In this document: one piece after another, positions 52,766 through 63,354 of the stretch
Layout of the letters: each line of letters opens with the position of its first letter
Position numbering within the stretch: the first letter of the stretch is position 1
From: Amphiscolops sp. MND2022
Lineage: Eukaryota
Assembly (NCBI GenBank): GCA_964187785.1
Contig: OZ076416.1
Coordinates: 55,800,001 to 55,864,000, forward strand
Reading direction: 5' to 3'
DNA length: 64,000 nucleotides
Translations under genes and position numbers: made by a program
The notes under the pieces: model-generated
The model's input: the letters and a program-made list of their open reading frames with translations, nothing else
Database searches by the model: none
What the model was told of the DNA's origin: nothing

Positions 52766-53843
52766 ACATACAAAAGCTTGATTCTGTGGTAGTTTGGACA
52801 TTTGCGTCTGCCACATCTTACAGTCAAAGACCTGAAATAGTGATACTTTGGACGTTTGCGTCTGTCACATATTTCGCTTTTAGGATGGTCTATGTCATTG
52901 CAGCAAGCTCCTTGAGAAGAACCATCGACAAAGCCCCAACTTCAATCCGCAAAAGCATTCAAGGTAAAGTCTTTGCTGTGCCCGGGTTGAGTTTTCACCC
53001 TAAAGCCAAAAACCCAAACAGGCAACTTAAAAATTTACTCGAACAAGTTCTCAAAAGTTGCAAAAAAACCGTTCTTTGACACGATCTTGTGAACAATTCT
53101 CTATCCTTGCATAGGAGTAACGGCTATCGGAACTGCTCACCCAACATCTTCCTCAAACTTTTGAAGCCTTTTCGAGAACAAATCAGTGCCATTATTTACA
53201 ATCAAAGAATTGGAACCCCGAATATTCACAAAAAACTCGTTCAAGCCTCGTACATCACAATCAGCACGAAACAGCATTTGTTACCCTATCGAAAGAAAAG
53301 GTCAACGGAATTCAGTCAGGAGTTGTGGAAATTGCATCCATTGGAACGCATTGATCTCCATATCCTGCAAATCATTCTACATCATCAAAAACAACTTTCA
53401 AAGCTGCTGAGAAGAAATCGATCAAAATCCTAGAAGAATCTTTCAAAAAAGCGACGGAAACGGCTCGCAAAGAAAACATAACGTAAGTTTTCTGTCGTTC
53501 AGCCTTTAGAAGCTTGTGAGATTGCACTTGGTGACTTCTTGAGTGTTTTCTCGCCCAAATGTTGTCAAGCGCGATCTCAGTTTGTTCGATAAAACTAACG
53601 TCACGTCCTTTAACTTGCGCTTTTTTTTCTTGGTGACTTCTTGAGTATTTTTTCACTCGTCGTTAAGGTCGTTAAGGTAAAAATGAAAAACCGCGTTTTT
53701 CACTCACCTACTCATCGGTACTTTTTTCTAACGGCAAACCACGATTGTCATAAAGTAATTTTGTATTGAAAAAAAACTTAAATAATAGTTGATAACAATG
53801 GCACAAAACGAAACAAGTAGTTCGAACATCGAACCCAAGGCTG

Positions 53844-54320
53844 ATGTTGAAAAATTATTTTGCATTCGTGGTGGGCATAAAAGATGCCTTCACTAAATCG
53901 GAGCCCAAAATTGATCTTATGTTGTCGCAAGCGATAGTAAACGAGTGTGAGGCAGATTCTCTTTTGACCAATTTAAAAAATCGATGGAACTTAGAACATC
54001 GTTATGATGCTGAAATTGAACTTTTGATAGACGATGGAGACGAGTTGAGTTTTGAAACTGATTCAAGTGCTATTTCTGACAAAAAAGTCCTATTGCAATT
54101 GCTCGTTTAGAGTCACTCATTAATACATACAAACAAAAGGCATTGTCACGTTAAACTTCGACTTCTGAAGTCACTTCAGGAACCACCACCAGTAAAATCA
54201 AACTGCCAAAATTACAACTGCTAAGCTCTACAGGCTCTTACACTGAATGGACTTCATTTATAGACCTTTTTAGACCATCCGTAGATCCAAATATGCAATT
54301 AACCAAGTCAGAAAAGTTTA
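53844..54320 (+). pseudogene. BEL/Pao gag fragment (DUF1759-like)
   Basis: KLPKLQL...GSYTEWTSFIDLF...VDPN.QLTKSEKF at about 54195-54320. Confidence 0.7.
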
Positions 54321-55139
54321 ATCTGGAAAGCCAGAGCAATGGACAGTTTGCAGATTCTGCCAGTGAGTTTTGTTCACTTAGACTTAAATTGATTGTGTTT
54401 CAAAACATTTTCTAATCGGCCTATAATTCATTATCAACTCTGGGTCACAGAACCGAAAACTTCCAATTGCCAGAGGTACTCTCGATTTTGTGAAATTAAT
54501 TTCTGTTCGTACGGAGCTACGAATAAGTGGCGATAGGTCGCTTTCAAGAAGAACTGTTTTTTCATTTTGAATGAGATCTCATAAGTTGGTCTCCGGATGA
54601 ATCTTTGCTGACGCGTGATGACCATTACGAAACAATTGCCTGGTACAGCTCATTGTACTGCACTTGCTACCAGACAAAAGCATTTTACCTGTATAACGTG
54701 ATCATATCTGTCCAGTCATGGCCGGCCTTTCTTCTGTAAAAACTTCCTTTCTTTCTCTGGAATGCCAGAGTGGTCCGCCGCTTCATTTTAGTTAATCGTT
54801 TACCAAAGGGTCAAGGAGTTTTGTCGAGAACAACTAGAAATTATCAAATAACTTTTTGGAAGTCCAGATACGCATAGAATCCCTGTGGTCGCAAACATGT
54901 ACACGTGTAACGGTAGGACAGGTAATTTTGAAATGTGGTCAGTTGATACTTTAAATGCTTAATTGATAAGTGATTTGTTCGGAATTTACAATTGTTGCAA
55001 ATAATTGCCAACTAATTGGAAGGAATTTGCAGTTAAGTTTCATTAAATTTGTTTCGCTTCCGGAAAACTGTAATTGATTGGTGACGCCGAAACACCGAAC
55101 AAACCTACCGGTCCTTGTAAGTTGTTCGCTTGGGCTATA

Positions 55140-56230
55140 ATCGATGAAAAGCAAATTTTGACTTCTCATTTAACATTCGTATTGAATGAGTGCATTAATG
55201 AAAGTGTTTTTCCTACATTGTTAAAGAGAGCGACTATAACCCCCATTTTCGAAAAGATGACATTCTAGATCTCAAACATTATCGTCCCATTTTGATTACA
55301 ACTACGTTCTCCAAAATACTTGAAAAATGTATTCATAGGCAAATTACAGCTTACATTGAAGAAAAAAATCTCGCTCCATTCCAATTCGGTTTCAGGAAAA
55401 AGTATCAGTAGAAGATGCTGCTTTGTTTTTTACCGGATAGGTTCAACAGGAAATTCAGGATGGAAAAATATGTTCATGCAGTCTTGCTGGATTTATCAAA
55501 AGCTTTTGACTCACTTTCACATGGAATCCTTTTGTCTAAACTCAAGTCTCTTAGTTTCTCGTCTTCGGTCATCAGCTTTAAAAAAAGTTTCCTCATTGAT
55601 AGACTACAGCAGGTTTCATTGAATGGTGTCAAACCGGATTGGATCGAACTGAAGCAAAGCGCTTCCCAGGGCACAAATCTAGGACCACTGCTCTTCAACC
55701 TATATGTTAATGACCTGACTGGACAGATAACGGAGGATGCTCGTATCATCCAGTACGCCGATGATTGTTTGCTTTTTTGTAGTCACCAAGACCCTGACAT
55801 TGCTTTGCAATGTTTGCAAACAATTTTTTTGAAACTTGAAAGATACTTTAAGTCCCATCGACTAAATTTGAATGACAGCAAAACAGAATTCTTAACATTT
55901 TCTCGTAAAAGTGACAAGAGGCAAGTAGACTCCGAAACAGTTGTCGTGTGCTCCTCAGTTGTCAAAAAGAAATGTGAATGTAAATATCTTGGAATAACGT
56001 TAGATCAACACTTGACTTTCTAAACCCAGGTAGGAAAGGTGCTAAAAACATGGCAGTTGGAATAAAAACTACTGAATCTATACAACACAACTTTCCGACC
56101 ACAGTCTTGTTCATGCTTTTCCACGCGCTAATAATCAGTCATCTCGAATACTCTGCGATTTTTTTCACTCAAATATCTCCTCCTTCACTACTTCACCTTG
56201 AGAAACAGATGAACTAGGCATTAAAATCTG
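55140..56230 (+). pseudogene. CR1/L2-like LINE reverse transcriptase fragment
   Basis: FP.LLKRA.ITPIFEK, YRPI, QFGFRK, LDLSKAFD, QG.NLGPLLFNLYVND, QYADD, LNLN.SKTE, KYLG.TLD. Confidence 0.9.
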
Positions 56231-56244
56231 TCTACTTCCGTTCA

Positions 56245-56770
56245 GGTGGCTGTAAATAGGTCGAGTTTTTCTGGTTGAAAGGACAGAGGTCGAACCTTTT
56301 GATCGAATTGCAGGGATCGAATGGGGTGCGGTCGAGTTTGATCGAAGCTTTCGGGTCGAAAACGTTCTTTGTTTGGCTCAAGTCGATTGACTATCATAAT
56401 GCTTATGCTGTGTATGCACGCTCGGGTGGCTGTAAATAGGTCGAATTTTTCTGGTCGAAAGGACAGAGGTCGAACCTTTTGATCGAATTGCAGAGATCGA
56501 GTGGAATGCGGTCGAATTTTATCGTATTTGTTGTATGGCTCGGTCGCTTCGCTCCCTTCGCCAAGTAGCAACATTGAGGCATGGCCATAATGGCACGTCG
56601 CTCCGCTTCGCTTCGCTCCTGCATTTAGGGCACTAGGGGTATGTGAACATATCTGACTACGTTATAAAAATTTCGATCCGAGTTGTTTCGATCCCATTCA
56701 AAAATCAGAGGATGTCGACCTGAGGACTAACTCTGATTTTCGATCCCGTTACTTCGACCTATTTCCGCTC
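56245..56770 (-). mobile_element. Inverted copy of the modular repeat, here flanked by TCGA-rich subrepeat arrays (180-bp period at 56245/56425)
   Basis: Reverse complement of 56525-56667 matches 45832-45965; ggtggctgtaaataggtcga starts at 56245 and 56425. Confidence 0.7.
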
Positions 56771-56889
56771 ACCCTGCACGCTCGCCCTCACCGTCGCAAA
56801 GACCAGCTCCCATTACGATCGCTTCGCGATCTCCGTTCCCGCTAGGTCTTTGCTCCTGTTCGACCTCGCTTAGCAAGATGGGAACATAG

Positions 56890-56917
56890 GCGGCCCCAAG
56901 GGGCCGCGGGACACTAG
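56890..56917 (+). other. GC-rich perfect hairpin GCGGCCCC-AA-GGGGCCGC followed by CTAG (Helitron-like 3' end signature)
   Basis: 8-bp stem at 56890-56907 and CTAG at 56914-56917. The next base is A, not the canonical T. Confidence 0.35.
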
Positions 56918-57069
56918 AGGAAATGGGGACATATCCGATGCACGCTTTATACTTTTCTAGAAATATGACCCGAGGAATTCTATCTGCGGCAATTCGACTT
57001 GTTTCCAGTCATAACTCTTATTTTCAGAGTCCTATTTTGTCACTTCTCTCAAGACGATTCCTCAGAAGA

Positions 57070-57352
57070 TGTCGAGCGGTAGTCTAAGATGCTTGGGACG
57101 CAATCCACTTTTGGTTAAGAAAACTAAACTGTTCTTTATCTGTATTATTCGTTCTTATGATTATAAAATTACTTTTCTCAGTTGGTGAAGTATTCAATAA
57201 ATGTCAAATAGTTTCAAATGTCAAAGTCAAATTGTTTCAACTTGTATGTTTATATTTATATAAAAGGTCATTGGTAGGCATTCAAGATATTCCTTCTCAA
57301 TTTTGATGTTTTCTGTTTTCGGTCAAAGAAGATCATCATGGAACACATGACA
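57070..57352 (-). repeat. Putative 3' LTR of element 3 (283 bp)
   Basis: Minus strand TGTCATG...CTCGACA with a TATA-like TATATAAATATAAA, directly after a purine tract. The partner LTR is outside the window. Confidence 0.65.
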
Positions 57353-57364
57353 CTTCCTCCCATC
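57353..57364 (-). promoter_or_regulatory. Polypurine tract GATGGGAGGAAG
   Basis: Plus strand cttcctcccatc abuts catgaca, so on the minus strand the purine run directly precedes TGTCATG. Confidence 0.7.
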
Positions 57365-57683
57365 AAGCTTTTCCGGCCCCCAAAAGAAACCATCATTCGG
57401 CTGGAGAAAGAGTCAGGTCGTATGAAATACAGAATCCAAAGTTGAGTATGCCAATGTTTTGCATTGAATCCAAAATAAAATAAGAGGAAAAGAGGGGCAG
57501 CACAAGATCCAAAGTTGTCCAGAGTGAAGAATCCAGTTGTTGTTTGTCTTCGGTGATATTGTTTTGAATCCTTTGGTGTTTATTAGCCAGATTACTGCTT
57601 TATAAATTTACATATACTGCAAGAGAAATATAAAAGCAAAGTGTTTTATGAGATGATAGATTTCATAAATTCAGTTCGTGAAG

Positions 57684-60041
57684 TCAATCAATAATTGGAT
57701 GAAAGCTCACGTTCGGGGGGATTTGATTAGGAGCGACAAGAGGTTTGCCGCCAGTAAGCTGGCTGCGCACATTATCAATCATGCTACTGCTGAGTTGTGT
57801 ATTTCCATCAGTGAAATTACCTATGACGGAATCAGCCATGAAAGAGGTGGATGGTTGTTGCAAATGAATCATTTTATTTTTGGAAGGGACTCGAAAATTG
57901 AAGCGGTGTCCCAGTTTTTTCTCAAGGTCAGGCAAGGCCGCTTTATGTTCGTCTGGAACATCGAGACGTGGTTTTACATTGAATTTGTTTTTGATCAGTT
58001 TTTTGGGAAACAGTCTGTCAGCTAGATGATACTTGTGATAGATGTACATGAATAGTAAATGCAGTATTGTCGAAACAATAAAAACGACGATAGTTAGAGT
58101 GAAAGAAACTTTAAAGGGGACATATTGATTAAATTCGCGGGTGAGCGAGGGTTTCAAAAGTTTCATATCACTCGCTAGAGGACGGGCTATGTCCACTAAT
58201 CGGTTGACTTCACGAACTCTTGGACTATGTACGAGTTCTTTACGTACTTGTTTCAAAAGCTTCACTCCTGCTTCTGCTTTCGAGTCATATAAGGGTAAAT
58301 CCTCTAAAGGGGGAACTTCCATGATTAAGGATGCTAGAGGGTTTGGCAATGAAACTTGCAGTTTTATTGCGGGTATATGAGAACAACTTGATAAGTCGGA
58401 CCTGATTTTTATGTGTTTTGTCATGATTTGCATGCCACATTCAAGAGTGATAATACAGATACGACAGCCTGCAAATGATTGTGTTTTCGATGAAGCGGCT
58501 GTTGCATGAGATTCGCGGAATATGAAATCATCATTGGCAGATGTTTTTAGCCAGATACCAAAACCTAAGTTAGTGGCTTGTTCAGTAGATGGTAAAGAAA
58601 CTAAGGAAGTATCACAAACGGAAAGTGCATCAACAGAGGAATCAAAGAAGAGCGTCGCTATGCATGAAGAGTGACCCATTTCGGTCGGAAAAGTTTCTGC
58701 GCATATGCGATATTTTGAAGAGCCGAGGCATTGTTCGAATTGTGCTTCGGATAGGACTGACGATTCCATTTGGTCTTCTGAAATGGCTAAATACGGTGCC
58801 TCAATATCCCACTTGAGAGCCAATTGAGGGTCATCAGGGTAAGGCATCGGAATTAGTTTAGCCTCAAATAGTGTGAAAACGGTTTGTCGAGAAGCCAACG
58901 GTATACTAAGGGTCATCAAGATTCCTTCTGGCACTGTAACGGCATCCGCGAGCAAACGAGAATCATAGTATGAAAGGAGGTCGGTCATCGGAATAGCTAA
59001 CGATAGGCGATCGGTTGCCTTGCTTTGGTCAATCGCTACTCGTTCCAAGATCACGAGGAGTGATTCCATCGGAATAAGCGACATTGGTAGATGACCTCGC
59101 AAAATAACAGGAATAGAGTTAAGAAAGTTCATGCGAAAAGCATATAAAGCTGAGCGAAAGGCTTTGATGCTAGCATGAACCATACTAAGGAGCGAAGATA
59201 AAGTATCAAAATTGAAATTCAACTGTTGGTTAGAGAATAACATTTGATTACAGTCGCGTAAAATATGAAAGTTATTTTCGAACACGTCAAATTGTTCTTG
59301 TATGATGGCCCAATTGCGGTTTTGAGTTTCGGACATTTCAGCTTGTATCGCATGAAGAGCTGCGAGCTCGTTTTTCACTAGGAAGAATTTTTCGTCAGTG
59401 TTCAGTTGAAACTCTGTGACAAATTGTGTCAGAACATCTTGATAATCTGAAAGGCTCCGTATGTTGGCAGCATTGGCTTGGGCTTGATCGTGACAGCCCC
59501 CAAAAATTCCTTGAAGACCACAAGAGTCGGAACTTCTCATAGCGATACCACCTCCAAAAAGTCCAACAGCTGCCAGAGCAGCGAGGCCTACACCAGCGCC
59601 TCGTCGTTTACGTGGTTGTTGTTCAGAAGGTGGACGTAAAAACATTGAGGTTTCATTTCGGATAGTATTTAGGTCGTTTTCCGATTCGTGAAGCTCATGA
59701 TTGATTTGAAAGAGCATCCAATTGACGTTGAATCCGGAAGAATTTGATGAAAAGTGACTAGAGAAATTCAGGGGACAAAAAATAGAGGGCAAGTCCCACA
59801 TTTGTGAAAGGCGGTGAATCAGTTGTTCGATATCTGGTTTCAATGAAAATTCATACGTGGGAAAAGGAACAAGGAATTCCACACTGATAAATTTTTCTGT
59901 AAGCAAGATTTTATTGCGCTCGTTAAATAGTATCCCTTTTTCTAGAAGATCATTAGGGTTATTAGAGGCTTCAATGTTAGATGACCATTGGCTAGAAACG
60001 GAAGCAGGAGTGAAAGCAAGGTAGGCAAGAAAGAACAGCAT
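57684..60041 (-). CDS. env: Envelope glycoprotein, class I fusion protein of the F type (baculovirus F / errantivirus env-like), 785 aa, intact
   Basis: Signal peptide MLFFLAYLAFTPASVSS; furin site RKRR then hydrophobic fusion peptide GAGVGLAALAAVGLFGGGIA; heptad-rich region; Cys-rich segment LSIPL...PYLAIS...C..C..SC; TM FTLTIVVFIVSTILHLLFMYIY; sequons NFS, NSS, NET. Confidence 0.9.
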   Translation of the reverse strand: MLFFLAYLAFTPASVSSQWSSNIEASNNPNDLLEKGILFNERNKILLTEKFISVEFLVPFPTYEFSLKPDIEQLIHRLSQMWDLPSIFCPLNFSSHFSSNSSGFNVNWMLFQINHELHESENDLNTIRNETSMFLRPPSEQQPRKRRGAGVGLAALAAVGLFGGGIAMRSSDSCGLQGIFGGCHDQAQANAANIRSLSDYQDVLTQFVTEFQLNTDEKFFLVKNELAALHAIQAEMSETQNRNWAIIQEQFDVFENNFHILRDCNQMLFSNQQLNFNFDTLSSLLSMVHASIKAFRSALYAFRMNFLNSIPVILRGHLPMSLIPMESLLVILERVAIDQSKATDRLSLAIPMTDLLSYYDSRLLADAVTVPEGILMTLSIPLASRQTVFTLFEAKLIPMPYPDDPQLALKWDIEAPYLAISEDQMESSVLSEAQFEQCLGSSKYRICAETFPTEMGHSSCIATLFFDSSVDALSVCDTSLVSLPSTEQATNLGFGIWLKTSANDDFIFRESHATAASSKTQSFAGCRICIITLECGMQIMTKHIKIRSDLSSCSHIPAIKLQVSLPNPLASLIMEVPPLEDLPLYDSKAEAGVKLLKQVRKELVHSPRVREVNRLVDIARPLASDMKLLKPSLTREFNQYVPFKVSFTLTIVVFIVSTILHLLFMYIYHKYHLADRLFPKKLIKNKFNVKPRLDVPDEHKAALPDLEKKLGHRFNFRVPSKNKMIHLQQPSTSFMADSVIGNFTDGNTQLSSSMIDNVRSQLTGGKPLVAPNQIPPNVSFHPIID

Positions 60042-60076
60042 GATTGCTCAGTTATGGTTCAAACCAGAAAATGAGC

Positions 60077-60090
60077 CTGAAGATAGAGAT
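60077..60090 (-). promoter_or_regulatory. Putative env splice acceptor
   Basis: Minus strand atctctatcttcAG ends 36 nt upstream of the env ATG, as expected for a spliced subgenomic env mRNA. Confidence 0.5.
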
Positions 60091-60434
60091 GGCAAAATTG
60101 TTTTAGAACGTCAAATGTTTGTCGGTTTTTGTTTGGGTACGCCTGTTGGCATTTATCAATCGACCCACGGAAGAATTTGACAGAGTTCAGGCACCAAAGA
60201 AAATTATTGACTTTTCGCGATCTATTGAGAAAAATGATTGTTTGTCGGTCATGTGAAAGAATGTCACCAGAGTGTTATGCGAACAGTGACCGATGGAGGT
60301 CTTATTAGGGGCGTTGTAGAGAAAATGTCAACGAAAAATCATGTGTTAACAGAAAAAATTTGTCTGTCAGTTTTTTTTTGTTGTTTTTTTTTGAGAAAAA
60401 ATGCGAGGGAAACCTAGTATTTTCAGCTCAAAAA

Positions 60435-60737
60435 ATGTTGAAAATGTTCATTGTTGCTGCCGTGTGTGTTATGGCCTGTCTTCCATGCGAAGAAAAGCTG
60501 TGGCGAGGAAAAAGTATATGGTGCTGCCAAAACGGAACCAAATTAGAAGTTCAAGGAAAAGTTGTATGGAGCGCACGCATACCACCAATGTGTATAAAAA
60601 AGCAACTGATGGAAAAAAAAGAAGAAAGAGATACAGCAAAAATGGTTATCAAAACAGCATTATTCCTGTTGGGAAGTGTGATCGGATGTGTCTGCTGCGG
60701 TTGTTTGTGGCGAAAACGACGAAATCGACAAAATTGA
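60435..60737 (+). CDS. Small (100 aa) type I membrane protein, antisense accessory ORF of element 3
   Basis: aaaaATG start just after a ttttcag acceptor; hydrophobic N-terminus MLKMFIVAAVCVMACLP; TM TALFLLGSVIG; Cys cluster CVCCGC; polybasic tail RKRRNR. Confidence 0.55.
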   Translation: MLKMFIVAAVCVMACLPCEEKLWRGKSIWCCQNGTKLEVQGKVVWSARIPPMCIKKQLMEKKEERDTAKMVIKTALFLLGSVIGCVCCGCLWRKRRNRQN

Positions 60738-61023
60738 AAAAAAACTCCAGAGTGAAAAAAAAACAAGATTGCAGCTTAGCTAGCAGTGATGAAAGAACTG
60801 AAGTTAGATGATTTTTGTTAAAGTCCACAGTTAAATGTAGTTACCGAAGCAGCAATTTCAGTGTTGAACACTTGTTTTTTTTTTTTTTTGTAGAAAAGCT
60901 CAAAACTAGGAGAATGAAACTAACAGTAATAGCAAAAAGTTGCAGAAAGAAACGTATTGAATTGAGAGTACCATGGAGAAAATGAAAACGTAATCGAATA
61001 GGTAGTATTTGGATAAAAGTGAG

Positions 61024-61311
61024 TTATAGTTGTTCATACTGGTACTTGAGGGCTCTGCGGAGTCTGATTATTTTAATAATGCCTCGGAGACCATGCGAGC
61101 GAGGCATAGTAAAGTTTTCTGAATGAAGTAGCAGCGTGAATTCGATCCATCTGGGCGAACCATAAAGGAGGACAACTTCAGCTCCAGAGGCAAGTGTGAG
61201 GGTTACAGTAGAATCTTCTGCATAATGAACTCCTGTGACATTGTAGTCAAGGCCTGTCTTAAAACAGGTCCATTGGAACTGGATAGGGAATTGAAGTGTT
61301 AGGAGACCCAT
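61024..61311 (-). CDS. Unknown 95-aa ORF (MGLLTLQFP...; track ORF from 61398), same strand as env
   Basis: Open, compositionally diverse frame inside an otherwise AT-rich stretch; no recognised motif. Confidence 0.3.
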   Translation of the reverse strand: MGLLTLQFPIQFQWTCFKTGLDYNVTGVHYAEDSTVTLTLASGAEVVLLYGSPRWIEFTLLLHSENFTMPRSHGLRGIIKIIRLRRALKYQYEQL

Positions 61312-61516
61312 TTGCAGGAAGGAGAATTTGAAAGAACAAAAAGACGAAAATGATAAAACAAAGAAGCGATAAGTATTTGAAGCAAATGGCTGACTCAAAA
61401 TGAGTTAATTAAACAAAATGATGTGACAAAAGTTCAAACGCAAATAAACAGTGGAGTTAGTAAGTAAATATCAGAAAGGAAGCGAACGTTCGATAAAACT
61501 GAAAGAAAACATCAAA

Positions 61517-62885
61517 ATGCTTGGTATTGCGAGACTCAAACATGAACAAAACAAATATGTTTCAGAGCCAATGGAGCCTTTAATGTATGCAGCAATCATT
61601 AAGATGGTAAAAAGTGGAGAAGTAGATGAAATATTAACGGAAAAGGAGAAATTGACATGGAAAGCCCGTATTCTGGAATACAGTGTGCGTGCCGATGGGG
61701 GCCTTTTATGGAACGGGCTGAAAGTACCAACCCTGGAACAAATCGAACAGGTGTTACAGCCTGTACACTTCTCCGGTAAGAGGCATCTGAAGGACAAGAG
61801 AGTGCTACGAAAGAAATTAAGCGATCTTGGCTTTGTGCTACCCAAATATTTAGGTGGCTTAGAACGAGCCTGCACGCTGTAAGTACATTGTTATGAAGAA
61901 ATGTGCAAGAAATTATGGTGAATATCTCGAAAGCCGAAAACAATCGAAATATGGTGTTTGCTAATTTCAGCTTTCTACATAATTGTCCTGACTGTTTCTG
62001 GTCATTTCATCAGGGACATGCATGGCAACAAGTGGCATGTGTAAAGAAGGCTACGCGGCTGCGGCTATGCGAAAAATTGGGCTTTACCCACATAGGCATT
62101 CCAGATGATTACTGCGGGAGTAAAGTCGTGGGGCTGGGAGAACCAGCCGAAAAAAATTGTAAAGCTATCTTAGCTACTGGAGGAGGGGAATGTTGGTTCT
62201 CCACCATATTTTATCTACTTGTGGGGAAAAAGAGTGGTAAGAATGAGTGATGTATGTAATATCAGCAGACATAAAAATGAAACACGAGAAAACTCTGTGT
62301 GTTTAGATAAAAAACGGAACGCCAGTGACTTAAAGAGGTTACGGAGTGCTATTGGGGAAACAATGAGAACCGAAGAATTTAATAAATTATGTGAACGAAA
62401 ACTGGGATATACAACTTCTGCATGGGAAATTGAGGCCATTAAGACTTCAAAACTGTCGGTTGGAGAACCGTGGGTAAGGAGACCATAAGTCCAGCGAAAA
62501 AATGACCAGAAAAATATTTCATGATGTTGTGTTTCAGATGTTGGGTACCGCTATGTACCTAAAAGTGGATTTGCTAGTGTTCTGGCAATACGAAAGTGGG
62601 CGTGGATGGATACGGTATTCTGCGGAAGAGACAGAGAGTTTCGGTCGCGAGACATATTTGATTCAATGTATGCATTCCGCTGTCTACAAGGCGTTCCATT
62701 GCGAGCCGTTATGTGAATGGCCAATTGAAGAGTTAGTATTGTTAAACTCGGAAGGTTGTAAACGTGCGAGAAGTGATATCGATGGTGTATTGCTAGGAAG
62801 GATAAGTGCTATAAGCGGCCATATGAACGTGGCGGTTGTGTGGCAAAAAATGCCCGTCCACGCTGGACGTAAGAAAAAACTCTGA
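61517..62885 (+). CDS. Four-exon antisense gene, predicted 380 aa: integrase-type H2C2 zinc-binding module plus OTU-like cysteine protease domain
   Basis: Exons 61517-61878, 61971-62236, 62307-62473 and 62538-62885 total 1143 nt. Introns of 92, 70 and 64 bp (GTAAGT/GTAAGA/GTAAGG ... AG) all preserve frame. Splicing completes H..H...CPDC. Candidate catalytic Cys in GGGECWFSTI (62191) and His in AFHCEPL (62697). Confidence 0.7.
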
Positions 62886-63354
62886 TGAGTAAAACTCATG
62901 TATCATAAAAAAAACGTCATCAATATCATCATTCATTGAAGACAATTGTCATGAAGAAATGAAGAATTCACTCAAAAGGTTTTGATTATCCTTGCAGGAA
63001 ACACAGAAAAGAGTAGGTGTAGTGCGAACCCAAAGGAATTAGAAAAAATAGTAAAAACATACTGTGAAACATGAAAATTACGCAGTTTCCCAAAATTTCA
63101 AAATGGCGGACTAAGACGCGGAAAAAAAATTTTTTGTTTCCGATTTGCAATGTGGCATCAAAATTCTAATCTACATAAAATTCTAAGGCTTCCACCCGTA
63201 CGGTTTGACGATCTGACAATTTGACCTTGAGAAATTGCGATTTAAAGGTCGCAGTTAGGTAGTCAATTTTGTTATTGCAAATGGAGAAGAAAAATTTGTT
63301 GTTTTTGCGGCAGAGCGGCGGCCAAACGATAGGGATAGGCAAGAGAAATGGTAA

